NCBI RefSeq assembly: GCF_000012805.1
Contig: NC_007484.1
Coordinates: 1,350,001-1,382,000 of the forward strand
Length of the DNA stretch: 32,000 nt
DNA from: Nitrosococcus oceani ATCC 19707
GTDB taxonomy: Bacteria > Pseudomonadota > Gammaproteobacteria > Nitrosococcales > Nitrosococcaceae
Reading direction: 5' to 3'
Position numbers and translations under genes: made by a program. The notes beneath the pieces are model-generated. The model had not been told where the DNA came from, did not search any database, and saw nothing but the letters and a program-made list of their open reading frames with translations. Shown here one piece after another: positions 9,526 to 17,695 of the stretch (position 1 is its first letter; every line of letters begins with the position of its first letter).

Positions 9526-10890
9526 ATGTCATCCAGATATCCTAGTAATGTGGGCAGCACTCTTGACAAAAAGCCTCCTCCGGGCGCCGTTGTGACAGAT
9601 AAGGTCAGTGGCCTGGTGTTGGCTCCTCATAGGCGTTGGTGGTGGCTGGGTGCTTTTGGATTTTCCGCGCTGCTGTCGTTGTTGTTTTTTTCTGCCATTG
9701 GTTACCTGTTAGTGACGGGCGTTGGTATTTGGGGGATTAATATTCCCGTGGCCTGGGCGTTTGCGATCACCAATTATGTATGGTGGATCGGAATTGGCAT
9801 GGCCGGAACTTTTATTTCGGCTGCTCTGTTGCTAACACGCCAAAAGTGGCGGGCCTCGATTAATCGTTCCGCGGAGACAATGACCGTTTTCGCAGTCTCT
9901 ATTTCTGGCTTATTTCCCATCCTTCACTTGGGGCGTCCATGGTTTTTTTATTGGTTAGCGCCTTATCCCGATATTATGAATGTATGGCCCCAGTGGCGCA
10001 GCGTCCTGGTGTGGGATTTCTTCGCTATCCTGGCGTATCTGGTTGTATCGCTGCTGTTCTGGTATACCGGGATGGTGCCCGATTTCGCTGTGATTCGCGA
10101 TCGGGCGCGCAAGCGTTCCCAACAGATATTTTATGGCCTCTTGGCCCTTGGCTGGCGTGGCGAAGCGAGACATTGGCGGCGTCTCGAAACGGCCACCCTC
10201 CTGCTGGCCGGCATGGCGGTTCCCCTAGTATTTTCCGTTCACAGTATGGTGGGGCTTGATTTCGCGGAAGGAATAGTTCCTGGCTGGCATTCCACGATTT
10301 TCCCCCCCTTCTTTGTCGCCGGCGCCTTGTTTTCAGGTTTTGCCATGGTGTTGATGCTTGTCGTTCCGCTGCGATCCGTTTTTGGCCTGCACGCGTTTAT
10401 TACCTCGCAGCATCTAAATAACATGGCCAAATTATTATTGGCTACCAGCCTTATTGTTACCTATAGTTACATTATGGAGGTTTTTATAGCTTGGTATAGT
10501 GCCGACCCTTATGAGATTGCCATGACCCAGAATCGAATGAGTGGAGCCTATGCCCCTGTTTATTGGGCAACGATATTTTGTAACGTTCTGGTGCCCCAGA
10601 TTCTTTGGTTTAAGCGAATCCGTCTTAATCCTATTGCCTTGTTTGTGGTGGGAACCGTGGTATTCATAGGCATGTGGTTAGAACGCCTCATGCTGATTGT
10701 CACAAGTTTGTATCGTGATTTTTTGCCCTCCGCCTGGGGAATGTTTTATCCGACTGTCTGGGATTGGATCTTTCTTTTTGCCCCAATAGGCTTTTTTGCC
10801 ATGCTTTTCCTGTTATTTATTCGTTTTGCACCGGTTACTTCCATGTTCGAAATCCGAAAGCTACGCTCAGAAGTGAAGAATCATGAATAA
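9526..10890 (+). CDS. actC: Alternative complex III subunit ActC (NrfD/PsrC-like quinol-interacting membrane subunit)
   Basis: 454-aa polytopic membrane protein. It starts 2 nt after the actB stop, and its position and hydrophobic pattern are typical of NrfD-family ActC. Confidence 0.9.
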   Translation: MSSRYPSNVGSTLDKKPPPGAVVTDKVSGLVLAPHRRWWWLGAFGFSALLSLLFFSAIGYLLVTGVGIWGINIPVAWAFAITNYVWWIGIGMAGTFISAALLLTRQKWRASINRSAETMTVFAVSISGLFPILHLGRPWFFYWLAPYPDIMNVWPQWRSVLVWDFFAILAYLVVSLLFWYTGMVPDFAVIRDRARKRSQQIFYGLLALGWRGEARHWRRLETATLLLAGMAVPLVFSVHSMVGLDFAEGIVPGWHSTIFPPFFVAGALFSGFAMVLMLVVPLRSVFGLHAFITSQHLNNMAKLLLATSLIVTYSYIMEVFIAWYSADPYEIAMTQNRMSGAYAPVYWATIFCNVLVPQILWFKRIRLNPIALFVVGTVVFIGMWLERLMLIVTSLYRDFLPSAWGMFYPTVWDWIFLFAPIGFFAMLFLLFIRFAPVTSMFEIRKLRSEVKNHE

Positions 10891-11425
10891 AATAGCTATT
10901 AAAAATTACGGCCTTATGGCTGAATTTGAAACGCCGGAACTGCTCGTGCAGGCGGTGAGAGAAAGCCGCCTAAATGGCTACCAGGCAGTTGAAGCCTATA
11001 CGCCTTTCCCTGTCGAAGGATTAGATGAAGCCCTGGGACTTCGTCGCGATTCATTGCCTTTTTTTGCCTTGGTAGGCGGTTGTATAGGGGCCGTTAGTAT
11101 TTACTTTGTGGAATATTATTCCGCAACCATTGACTACCCTATTAATAGCGGTGGCCGTCCTTATCATAGCTGGCCTGCTTTTATTCCCCCCGCTGTGGAA
11201 ATGGCTATCCTGGGCGCTGCTTTAGCGGTGGTGCTTGGCATGTTGATATTAAATAGATTGCCTAAATTACGTCATCCTATTTTTGGTGTATCCCAGTTTG
11301 ATATGGCGGAGCGTGATCGCTTTTTTCTGTGCATTAGCGCTCATGATCCGCTATTTGATGAAAACCGGGCGCAGCGTTTTCTTGAGAGCCTGGAACCGGC
11401 AGGTATCCATAAGGTCAAGGGATAA
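10883..11425 (+). CDS. actD: Alternative complex III subunit ActD (DUF3341-type)
   Basis: 180 aa with an 8-nt overlap with actC (ATGAATAA). It has a soluble N-terminal domain plus two hydrophobic segments and occupies the canonical position. Confidence 0.85.
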   Translation: MNKIAIKNYGLMAEFETPELLVQAVRESRLNGYQAVEAYTPFPVEGLDEALGLRRDSLPFFALVGGCIGAVSIYFVEYYSATIDYPINSGGRPYHSWPAFIPPAVEMAILGAALAVVLGMLILNRLPKLRHPIFGVSQFDMAERDRFFLCISAHDPLFDENRAQRFLESLEPAGIHKVKG

Positions 11426-11487
11426 TGTGCAGAGAGGGAAGTTTTTGGAATAGGTTATAAGGGGCACAGTGAGAGGGTGGATATATT

Positions 11488-12129
11488 ATGCGCCTGAACA
11501 GAAATCAGGTTTTAAGTTTAATGGCCACTGCCATGCTTATTTTTTTATCTTCAGGCTGTGAGAATGTGATGCAAAATATGTACGATCAGCCGAAGTATAA
11601 ACCACTCTCAAAAAGTAACTTATTTTCGGATGATCAATCCGCCAGGCCCCTGGTGGAGGAGACCGTGATGTTTTCTGCGGGTAGTTTCGCGGGTTCTTCT
11701 AGTGGACGGGAAGGAAAAAAAGCAGCGTTCTATTTACCAAAAGGAAAAATTCCTAGCGATAAAATCCCTTTTCCTATTACTGCTAAGCTTTTAAAGCGAG
11801 GTCAAGAGCGTTTCAATATTTATTGCGCCCCTTGTCATGGTCAAACAGGTTATGGAGACGGTATGATCGTCCACCGTGGGTTTCCTTCTCCCCCTTCTTA
11901 TCATTCCACTCGTTTGCGTGATGCGCCGGACTCCCATTTCTATAACGTAATAACGCAAGGTTTTGGCCGGATGTTTTCCTATGCTACACGTGTTGAACCC
12001 CAAGATCGCTGGGCTATTGTGGCGTACATTCGAGCCCTGCAATTAAGCCAGAATACAACTCTACACAATATTCCAGAGGAAACTGTCCGGCGCCAATTGG
12101 GAAAGAAAAATGATAACCAGACAGAATGA
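11488..12129 (+). CDS. actE: Alternative complex III subunit ActE, monohaem cytochrome c (probable lipoprotein)
   Basis: Signal-like N-terminus ending FLSSGC, a single CAPCH haem motif, and a downstream Met-containing region (GFGRMFSY). The RBS GAGGGTGG lies upstream of the ATG. Confidence 0.85.
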   Translation: MRLNRNQVLSLMATAMLIFLSSGCENVMQNMYDQPKYKPLSKSNLFSDDQSARPLVEETVMFSAGSFAGSSSGREGKKAAFYLPKGKIPSDKIPFPITAKLLKRGQERFNIYCAPCHGQTGYGDGMIVHRGFPSPPSYHSTRLRDAPDSHFYNVITQGFGRMFSYATRVEPQDRWAIVAYIRALQLSQNTTLHNIPEETVRRQLGKKNDNQTE

Positions 12130-13288
12130 ACCTTCCTTACCGTTAATATCCCGAGTTCAAAGATTTTCCTTGCTTGTTGGAATAATAGGGCTAATGCTTT
12201 CCGGGGTTGGCGCCTATTTTCAGTATCAGCAATTCCTGGTTTCTTATTTGTTCGCTTACATTTTTTGGATCGGTATCTCCTTGGGCAGCCTGGCGATCCT
12301 TATGATTCATTATTTAACTGGCGGGACTTGGGGATTGCTTATTCGTCGCCCTTTGGAGGCGGCAACCTGGGCGCTACCGCTTATGGTGGTTCTTTTTATT
12401 CCTTTGGCTGTGGGATTATCTGAAGTTTATGCTTGGGCGCGGCCTGAGGAAATAGCTAATAATTCTTTGTTGCAGAAAAAAAATTGGTATTTAAATATCC
12501 CTTTTTTTCTTGTTAGGTCCACTACCTATTTTATTATTTGGCTGGGTATTGCCTACTGTCTGAGCAGCTGGTCTAGAAAACAAGATAAGAATCCAAAAAC
12601 AGGAATTGTGTTAGGCCTCCAGCGATTGAGTGGAGGCGGATTAATTTTATTATCTTTAAGTGTAACTTTTGCCGCTATCGACTGGGTGATGTCTTTGGTT
12701 CCGGAGTGGACTTCAACGATTTTCGGTTTTATTTTTGGAATTAGCCAAATGTTGGCTGCTATGACTTTCGCGGTGATTATTGCTGGTTATCTGTCCAACA
12801 TTAAAATATTATCAGAAACTTTTTCGCCTGCTATTTTTCATGATTTTGGTAATATTTTACTGATGTTTATTCTGCTATGGGTTTATTTATTTTATATGGA
12901 ATATTTGATTGTCTGGTCTGGAAATTTACCCCGTGAAATTTCCTGGTATGTCCCCCGCGTGGAAAGCAGTTGGCGGTGGGTAAGCATGTTGCTCATTGTA
13001 TTTTACTTTATTATACCCTTTGTGGCACTCCTGTTTCGTTCTTTAAAAAGAACAAGAAGTACCCTGGTGGGGATCGCCGCTATTATTTTTCTCTCCAGTT
13101 TAGTGAATTCTTTTTGGCTAGTTGTGCCCTCCCTGCGTATTGAAGGCTTTGAACTTTATTGGACGGATCTAGTGGTTCCCATTGGAATGGGCGGGTTTTG
13201 GCTAGCCGTCGTACTTTGGCGGCTGCAAAATGTCTATTCCCTACCTGCTCGGATACCTGTAGAGGAAGCAATGGAGCATGGCAGATAA
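12110..13288 (+). CDS. actF: Alternative complex III subunit ActF (second NrfD-like membrane subunit)
   Basis: 392-aa polytopic membrane protein with a 20-nt overlap with actE. It occupies the canonical last position of actABCDEF. Confidence 0.85.
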   Translation: MITRQNEPSLPLISRVQRFSLLVGIIGLMLSGVGAYFQYQQFLVSYLFAYIFWIGISLGSLAILMIHYLTGGTWGLLIRRPLEAATWALPLMVVLFIPLAVGLSEVYAWARPEEIANNSLLQKKNWYLNIPFFLVRSTTYFIIWLGIAYCLSSWSRKQDKNPKTGIVLGLQRLSGGGLILLSLSVTFAAIDWVMSLVPEWTSTIFGFIFGISQMLAAMTFAVIIAGYLSNIKILSETFSPAIFHDFGNILLMFILLWVYLFYMEYLIVWSGNLPREISWYVPRVESSWRWVSMLLIVFYFIIPFVALLFRSLKRTRSTLVGIAAIIFLSSLVNSFWLVVPSLRIEGFELYWTDLVVPIGMGGFWLAVVLWRLQNVYSLPARIPVEEAMEHGR

Positions 13289-13697
13289 CCTATCGGGCCA
13301 GGAGCGCTACCGGCATGAAACCACGGATGTGCAGAACTATACCATTGTGTGGCTAGGACTGGTTATCCTTTTGGCCATCGTTTTGGGTGGATTCTTCGTA
13401 TTTGGCTTAATTCATCTATATGAGAACAACCAGCAAGAGATTGAGTCAACCCCACCAAAAAAAGAAGATATCATGGAACGAGTTCCTTCAGCACCTTATT
13501 TAGAGGCAAGTTCTGGCGCAGGGTTGGCTGAGTTGCAAGAGAAAAATGAGGATTTATTACATAGTTACGGTTGGGTGGATAAAAAACGGGGTATCTTTCA
13601 TATCCCTATCAAATATGCCATGGAATTATTAGTAGAAAAGAATTCGCAAACTCAAGAAGATATGGCTCACAGTAAAAAGCAAGTATCCCATCCCTAG
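13278..13697 (+). CDS. Small single-pass membrane protein between actF and coxB (function unknown; occupies the position of small accessory ACIII subunits)
   Basis: 139 aa. Its start overlaps the actF stop (ATGGCAGATAA). It has one TM helix (IVWLGLVILLAIVLGGFFVFGLI) followed by a soluble tail containing YGWVDKKRGIFHIPIKYAMELL. Confidence 0.65.
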   Translation: MADNLSGQERYRHETTDVQNYTIVWLGLVILLAIVLGGFFVFGLIHLYENNQQEIESTPPKKEDIMERVPSAPYLEASSGAGLAELQEKNEDLLHSYGWVDKKRGIFHIPIKYAMELLVEKNSQTQEDMAHSKKQVSHP

Positions 13698-13729
13698 ATG
13701 AACTAATTTCTATAGACTTGGAGACTTTA

Positions 13730-14365
13730 ATGATGGAAGGTTTTGGTTCATTTCTGGGAGAAGCATCCAGTTTATCGCGCCATTTCGACACTCTTTTTCT
13801 AGCATTATTTATCCTCTGCAGTCTTGTTACCATCATCATTACTTTCTTGATTATTTTCTTTGCTGTTAAGTATCGGCGTGGTGCTAAAGTAAACCGGTTT
13901 ACAGTACGCAAATCCACCGCCATTGAGTTTGTTTGGACTCTCATCCCTTTTGGTCTTTTTTTGGCTATTTTTGTATGGGCTGCCTATTTTTATACGGAAC
14001 TTTTATTTCCGCCAGATGATGAGATGGTGGATCTAGATATTGCCGTGGTGGGTAAGCAGTGGATGTGGAAGCTGCAGCACCCCAATGGGAAAAGAGAGAT
14101 TAATAAATTACATGTGCCATTGGGTAAAAATATCCGGCTAACCATGGTTTCACAGGATGTTATTCATAGTTTTTTTATCCCTGCATTCCGCATTAAGCAT
14201 GATGTATTGCCGGGACGTTATAGTACAATTTGGTTTCGTCCCATCAAGCTTGGCGAATACCATCTTTTTTGTGCTGAGTATTGTGGGACGGATCATTCCC
14301 GTATGCGCGGTAAAGTAGTTGTCATGGAGCCCTCAGATTATGCACAATGGTTACAACAAAAATAG
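13730..14365 (+). CDS. coxB: Cytochrome c oxidase subunit II (CuA subunit, no fused cytochrome c domain)
   Basis: CuA ligand pattern H-x34-CAEYCGTDHSRM, two N-terminal TM helices, and no CxxCH anywhere. The ATG at 13730 follows GGAGA (13720-13724); the track start at 13718 is a TTG. Confidence 0.9.
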   Translation: MMEGFGSFLGEASSLSRHFDTLFLALFILCSLVTIIITFLIIFFAVKYRRGAKVNRFTVRKSTAIEFVWTLIPFGLFLAIFVWAAYFYTELLFPPDDEMVDLDIAVVGKQWMWKLQHPNGKREINKLHVPLGKNIRLTMVSQDVIHSFFIPAFRIKHDVLPGRYSTIWFRPIKLGEYHLFCAEYCGTDHSRMRGKVVVMEPSDYAQWLQQK

Positions 14366-14436
14366 TGGTTATAAAAATAAGAAAGGAAGGTTAGTGGAAA
14401 AATTTCCTAAATATACTTTTCTAAAGAGATACTCTC

Positions 14437-16044
14437 ATGAGTGCTAATGCTGCTGCAGAATACACGAGCTATCTTGGTGGGGGAGATACCCTAAAATCCT
14501 GGTTAACAACACTTGATCATAAGCGTATAGCTGTACTCTATCTCATCTCTATTACGCTGTTCTTTCTTATTGGGGGAGTAGCTGCTGCCGTGATACGCCT
14601 AGAATTAGTAACCTACGCGGGGGATTTTGTTACGGCCGAAACCTATAACAAAACTTTCTCTCTCCATGGTATTGTCATGGTCTGGTTTTTCCTAATTCCT
14701 TCCATTCCAGCGACACTAGGTAATTTCCTTATTCCGCTGATGGTTGGCGCTCGGGATCTTGCTTTTCCCCGCTTGAACTTGGCGAGCTGGTATTTATATA
14801 CGGTAGGGGGGATATTTACTATTGGTATGGTGATTGCCGGTGGCGTAGATACAGGATGGACCTTTTACACGCCATTTAGCACCATGTTCTCCAACACGTA
14901 TGTTGTCGCGGCTGTTATTGGGGTGTTTATCGTTGGTTTTTCTACTATATTCACTGGCATAAATTTTATTGTAACCATTCATAAAATGCGAGCGCCAGGT
15001 TTAACCTGGTTTCGTTTGCCCATGTTCGTGTGGGCCAATTATGCTACCAGTGCCATCATGGTGCTGGCGACTCCCGTGCTGGCAATGACTCTTACCTTGG
15101 TGGCAGTTGAACGGATATTCCAGATAGGCATCTTTGATCCTGCGTTGGGGGGAGATCCTTTGTTATTTCAGCACCTGTTCTGGTTTTATTCCCATCCTGC
15201 TGTGTATATTATGGTTTTGCCTGCCATGGGAGTAGCGAGCGAGCTTATTGCTTGCTTTTCTAGAAACCCTATTTTTGGTTATCGCTTTATGGCTTACTCC
15301 GTAATGGCCATTGCGGTCCTTGGTTTTTTGGTTTGGGGTCATCACATGTTTGTGAGTGGCCAATCTGTTTATGCGGGCATGATGTTCTCGCTATTTAGTT
15401 TTGTGGTTGCTATTCCCTCGGCTATCAAAGTTTTTAATTGGACTGCTACCCTATACAAAGGATCTATCTCTTTTGAAGCGCCCATGCTTTATGCGCTAGG
15501 ATTTGTATTCCTGTTTATGATTGGCGGTCTAACTGGAATCGTTGTGGCGGCTCTGGCCCTGGACGTTCACTTGACGGATACTTACTTCGTGATTGCCCAC
15601 TTTCACTATATTATGGTGGGGGGATCGGTGATGGCGTATTTGGGAGGTATTCACTTCTGGTGGCCTAAAATGACCGGGAAAATGTATTCTGAAATGTGGG
15701 GTAGGGTTGCCGCTGTATTAATTTTCGTGGGCTTTAATGTAACATTCTTCCCGCAGTTTTTGCTGGGTTATTTAGGTATGCCAAGGCGTTATCATGAGTA
15801 TCCGGAGGCACTAGAAGTGCTCAATGTAATCTCTTCAGGGGGAGCCGTAATTCTAACATTGGGTTACCTTCTACCCCTCGTGTATTTATTATGGTCATTG
15901 CGCTATGGGCGTATTGCCGGTGGGAATCCTTGGGAGGCAAAAGGATTAGAGTGGCAAACCTCCTCGCCACCTGCTAAACATAATTTTAAGGAAACCCCCG
16001 TCGTGACGGAGGAAGCCTATGCTTATTCGCCATATAAGGTTTAA
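14437..16044 (+). CDS. coxA: Cytochrome c oxidase subunit I, A2-type haem-copper oxidase
   Basis: 535 aa. Has WGHHMF (CuB His pair) and HFWWPKMTG. The motif YSHPAVY (15187..15207) replaces the GHPEVY of A1 enzymes, which is the Tyr-Ser signature of A2-type oxidases. Confidence 0.95.
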   Translation: MSANAAAEYTSYLGGGDTLKSWLTTLDHKRIAVLYLISITLFFLIGGVAAAVIRLELVTYAGDFVTAETYNKTFSLHGIVMVWFFLIPSIPATLGNFLIPLMVGARDLAFPRLNLASWYLYTVGGIFTIGMVIAGGVDTGWTFYTPFSTMFSNTYVVAAVIGVFIVGFSTIFTGINFIVTIHKMRAPGLTWFRLPMFVWANYATSAIMVLATPVLAMTLTLVAVERIFQIGIFDPALGGDPLLFQHLFWFYSHPAVYIMVLPAMGVASELIACFSRNPIFGYRFMAYSVMAIAVLGFLVWGHHMFVSGQSVYAGMMFSLFSFVVAIPSAIKVFNWTATLYKGSISFEAPMLYALGFVFLFMIGGLTGIVVAALALDVHLTDTYFVIAHFHYIMVGGSVMAYLGGIHFWWPKMTGKMYSEMWGRVAAVLIFVGFNVTFFPQFLLGYLGMPRRYHEYPEALEVLNVISSGGAVILTLGYLLPLVYLLWSLRYGRIAGGNPWEAKGLEWQTSSPPAKHNFKETPVVTEEAYAYSPYKV

Positions 16045-16094
16045 TTAAAGGGTAATGTCCGGCTTTTAACTCATGGTGTTTGATTAAAATTAAA

Positions 16095-16739
16095 ATGAGC
16101 GACAAGCACACTGCTGTAGCAGAGCAATTTGATGATCCGGAGCAAGAATACCATGCAGCCACCCTCGGCATGTGGGTGTTCCTTGCAACTGAAGTCCTTT
16201 TTTTTGGCGTTTTGTTTGCTAGCTATGCGGTCAGCCGGTTTAATTATCCTGAAGCGTTTGCGGAAGCGAGCAGACACACGGATATCGTGCTCGGCACTAT
16301 CAGCACTGGTGTGTTGTTAACGAGCGGTTTTACCATGGCGCTTGCGGTCCGCAGCGCAAAGTTGGGAAGAGATAAAGCAATCATAGGTTTCCTGGTTTTG
16401 ACCATACTGCTGGCAATAGCGTTTCTTTTTATTGAAGGGACAGAGTATTACCAAGCCTATGGAGAGCAGCTTATTCCGGCCTTTAATTTTATGTATGAAG
16501 GCGCCCATGAAAAACCAGTAGAGCTTTTCTTCTTTCTTTATTTTTTGATGACGGGGATGCATGCCGTACATGTTACGATTGGCATTCTTATAATGGCGGC
16601 TATCGCCATCATGGCTGGACGCAGGCGGTTTACTAGTTATTATTATACGCCGGTTGAACTTACAGGGTTATATTGGGCCTTTGTGGATATTGTTTGGATT
16701 TTTCTTTATCCACTTTTCTATTTGGTAGCGCGGACGTGA
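16095..16739 (+). CDS. coxC: Cytochrome c oxidase subunit III
   Basis: Polytopic protein with HAATLGMWVFLATEVLFFG, MTGMHAVHVTIG and WAFVDIVWIFLYP, all typical of subunit III. The ATG at 16095 is preferred over the TTG at 16080. Confidence 0.9.
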   Translation: MSDKHTAVAEQFDDPEQEYHAATLGMWVFLATEVLFFGVLFASYAVSRFNYPEAFAEASRHTDIVLGTISTGVLLTSGFTMALAVRSAKLGRDKAIIGFLVLTILLAIAFLFIEGTEYYQAYGEQLIPAFNFMYEGAHEKPVELFFFLYFLMTGMHAVHVTIGILIMAAIAIMAGRRRFTSYYYTPVELTGLYWAFVDIVWIFLYPLFYLVART

Positions 16740-17428
16740 AGGGGCGAGATATCGCTTCATGGAAAACCCAGCTATGGGTATGGGTGATTTTAATTATCTT
16801 GCTTTTGGGAACTTTTGGCAGCGCCTATATTTCGTTGGGTCCGTTTAATCTTGTAATCAATATATTCATTGCCATAGGCCAGACGTTATTGGTACTAACC
16901 TTCTTTATGCATCTGAGATACCGTGACCATTTGGTAAGAATCTTTGCGGCGGCGGGATTTTTTTGGCTTCTCCTCCTTTTCGTCTTTACTCTGAGTGATT
17001 ATATCACTCGCCTGGAGCCAGTTTCCGCCAATAAGCTTGTCTATGTTTATCCTGGTGTTAGTGCTAAGGAGCAGCCGGATCATCCTCCGCCATCATCACA
17101 AAAGCGGGTAGAAGCTTCCCCACAAGCGGCCCAGTTAAAATCTCAGCTGTCAAGGAAAGTAAATCTAAAGAGAGGTAAGAAAGTCTATCAGGAGACTTGT
17201 TTTGCATGTCATGGAACGGGGGCTTTAGGTGCCCCCAAAAAAGGAGATAAAGCAGCTTGGAGTAAGCGTGCTACGCAAGGGCTGGAAACCTTAGTTACCC
17301 ATGCTATGAATGGTTACAAAGCGATGCCCCCTAAAGGAGGGAATCAGAAATTAAACGTTAACGAGATACGGAGTGGGGTTGTTTATATGCTAACTGAATC
17401 TGAGGTTGTATTAGGGCAGAAGAAATAA
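16736..17428 (+). CDS. Prokaryotic oxidase subunit IV (COX4_pro-like, 3 TM) fused to a C-terminal class I cytochrome c (c5-like) domain
   Basis: The GTG at 16736 overlaps the coxC TGA (GTGA coupling); the track start at 16673 is a TTG inside coxC. The N-terminal half carries the IAIGQTLLVLTFFMHLRY signature of subunit IV. The C-terminal half has GKKVYQETCFACHGTGALGAPKKGD...GYKAMPPKGG. Confidence 0.8.
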   Translation: MKGRDIASWKTQLWVWVILIILLLGTFGSAYISLGPFNLVINIFIAIGQTLLVLTFFMHLRYRDHLVRIFAAAGFFWLLLLFVFTLSDYITRLEPVSANKLVYVYPGVSAKEQPDHPPPSSQKRVEASPQAAQLKSQLSRKVNLKRGKKVYQETCFACHGTGALGAPKKGDKAAWSKRATQGLETLVTHAMNGYKAMPPKGGNQKLNVNEIRSGVVYMLTESEVVLGQKK

Positions 17429-17632
17429 AAGCTCATAAAAAATAGGGACGCATCATTACCTACCTATATAACACCTGTGGTGGGAGAGGTATAGGCAGGC
17501 TTAACTTCTTTACCCCCTACAAAATATTGATGGAAAAACATTTTGTAAATATAAGTTCGTGCGGTATTCAGGGCTAGCATAGATTAGAGAGTGATTGCAG
17601 CTGGCAAGGGACAGCGGAGATTCCGCCAAAAA

Positions 17633-17670
17633 TTTTACCCCCGCTTCAAAAAACTGAAGCGGGGGTAAAG
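17633..17670. terminator. Strong hairpin between convergent operons (candidate bidirectional intrinsic terminator)
   Basis: A perfect 14-bp stem, TTACCCCCGCTTCA (17635-17648) with TGAAGCGGGGGTAA (17655-17668), and a 6-nt loop AAAAAC. It lies 26 nt past the stop of the minus-strand operon. On the minus strand it is followed by AAAATTTTT. Confidence 0.6.
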
Positions 17671-17695
17671 GTCCTAAAGCATAAAAAGAAGAGCT

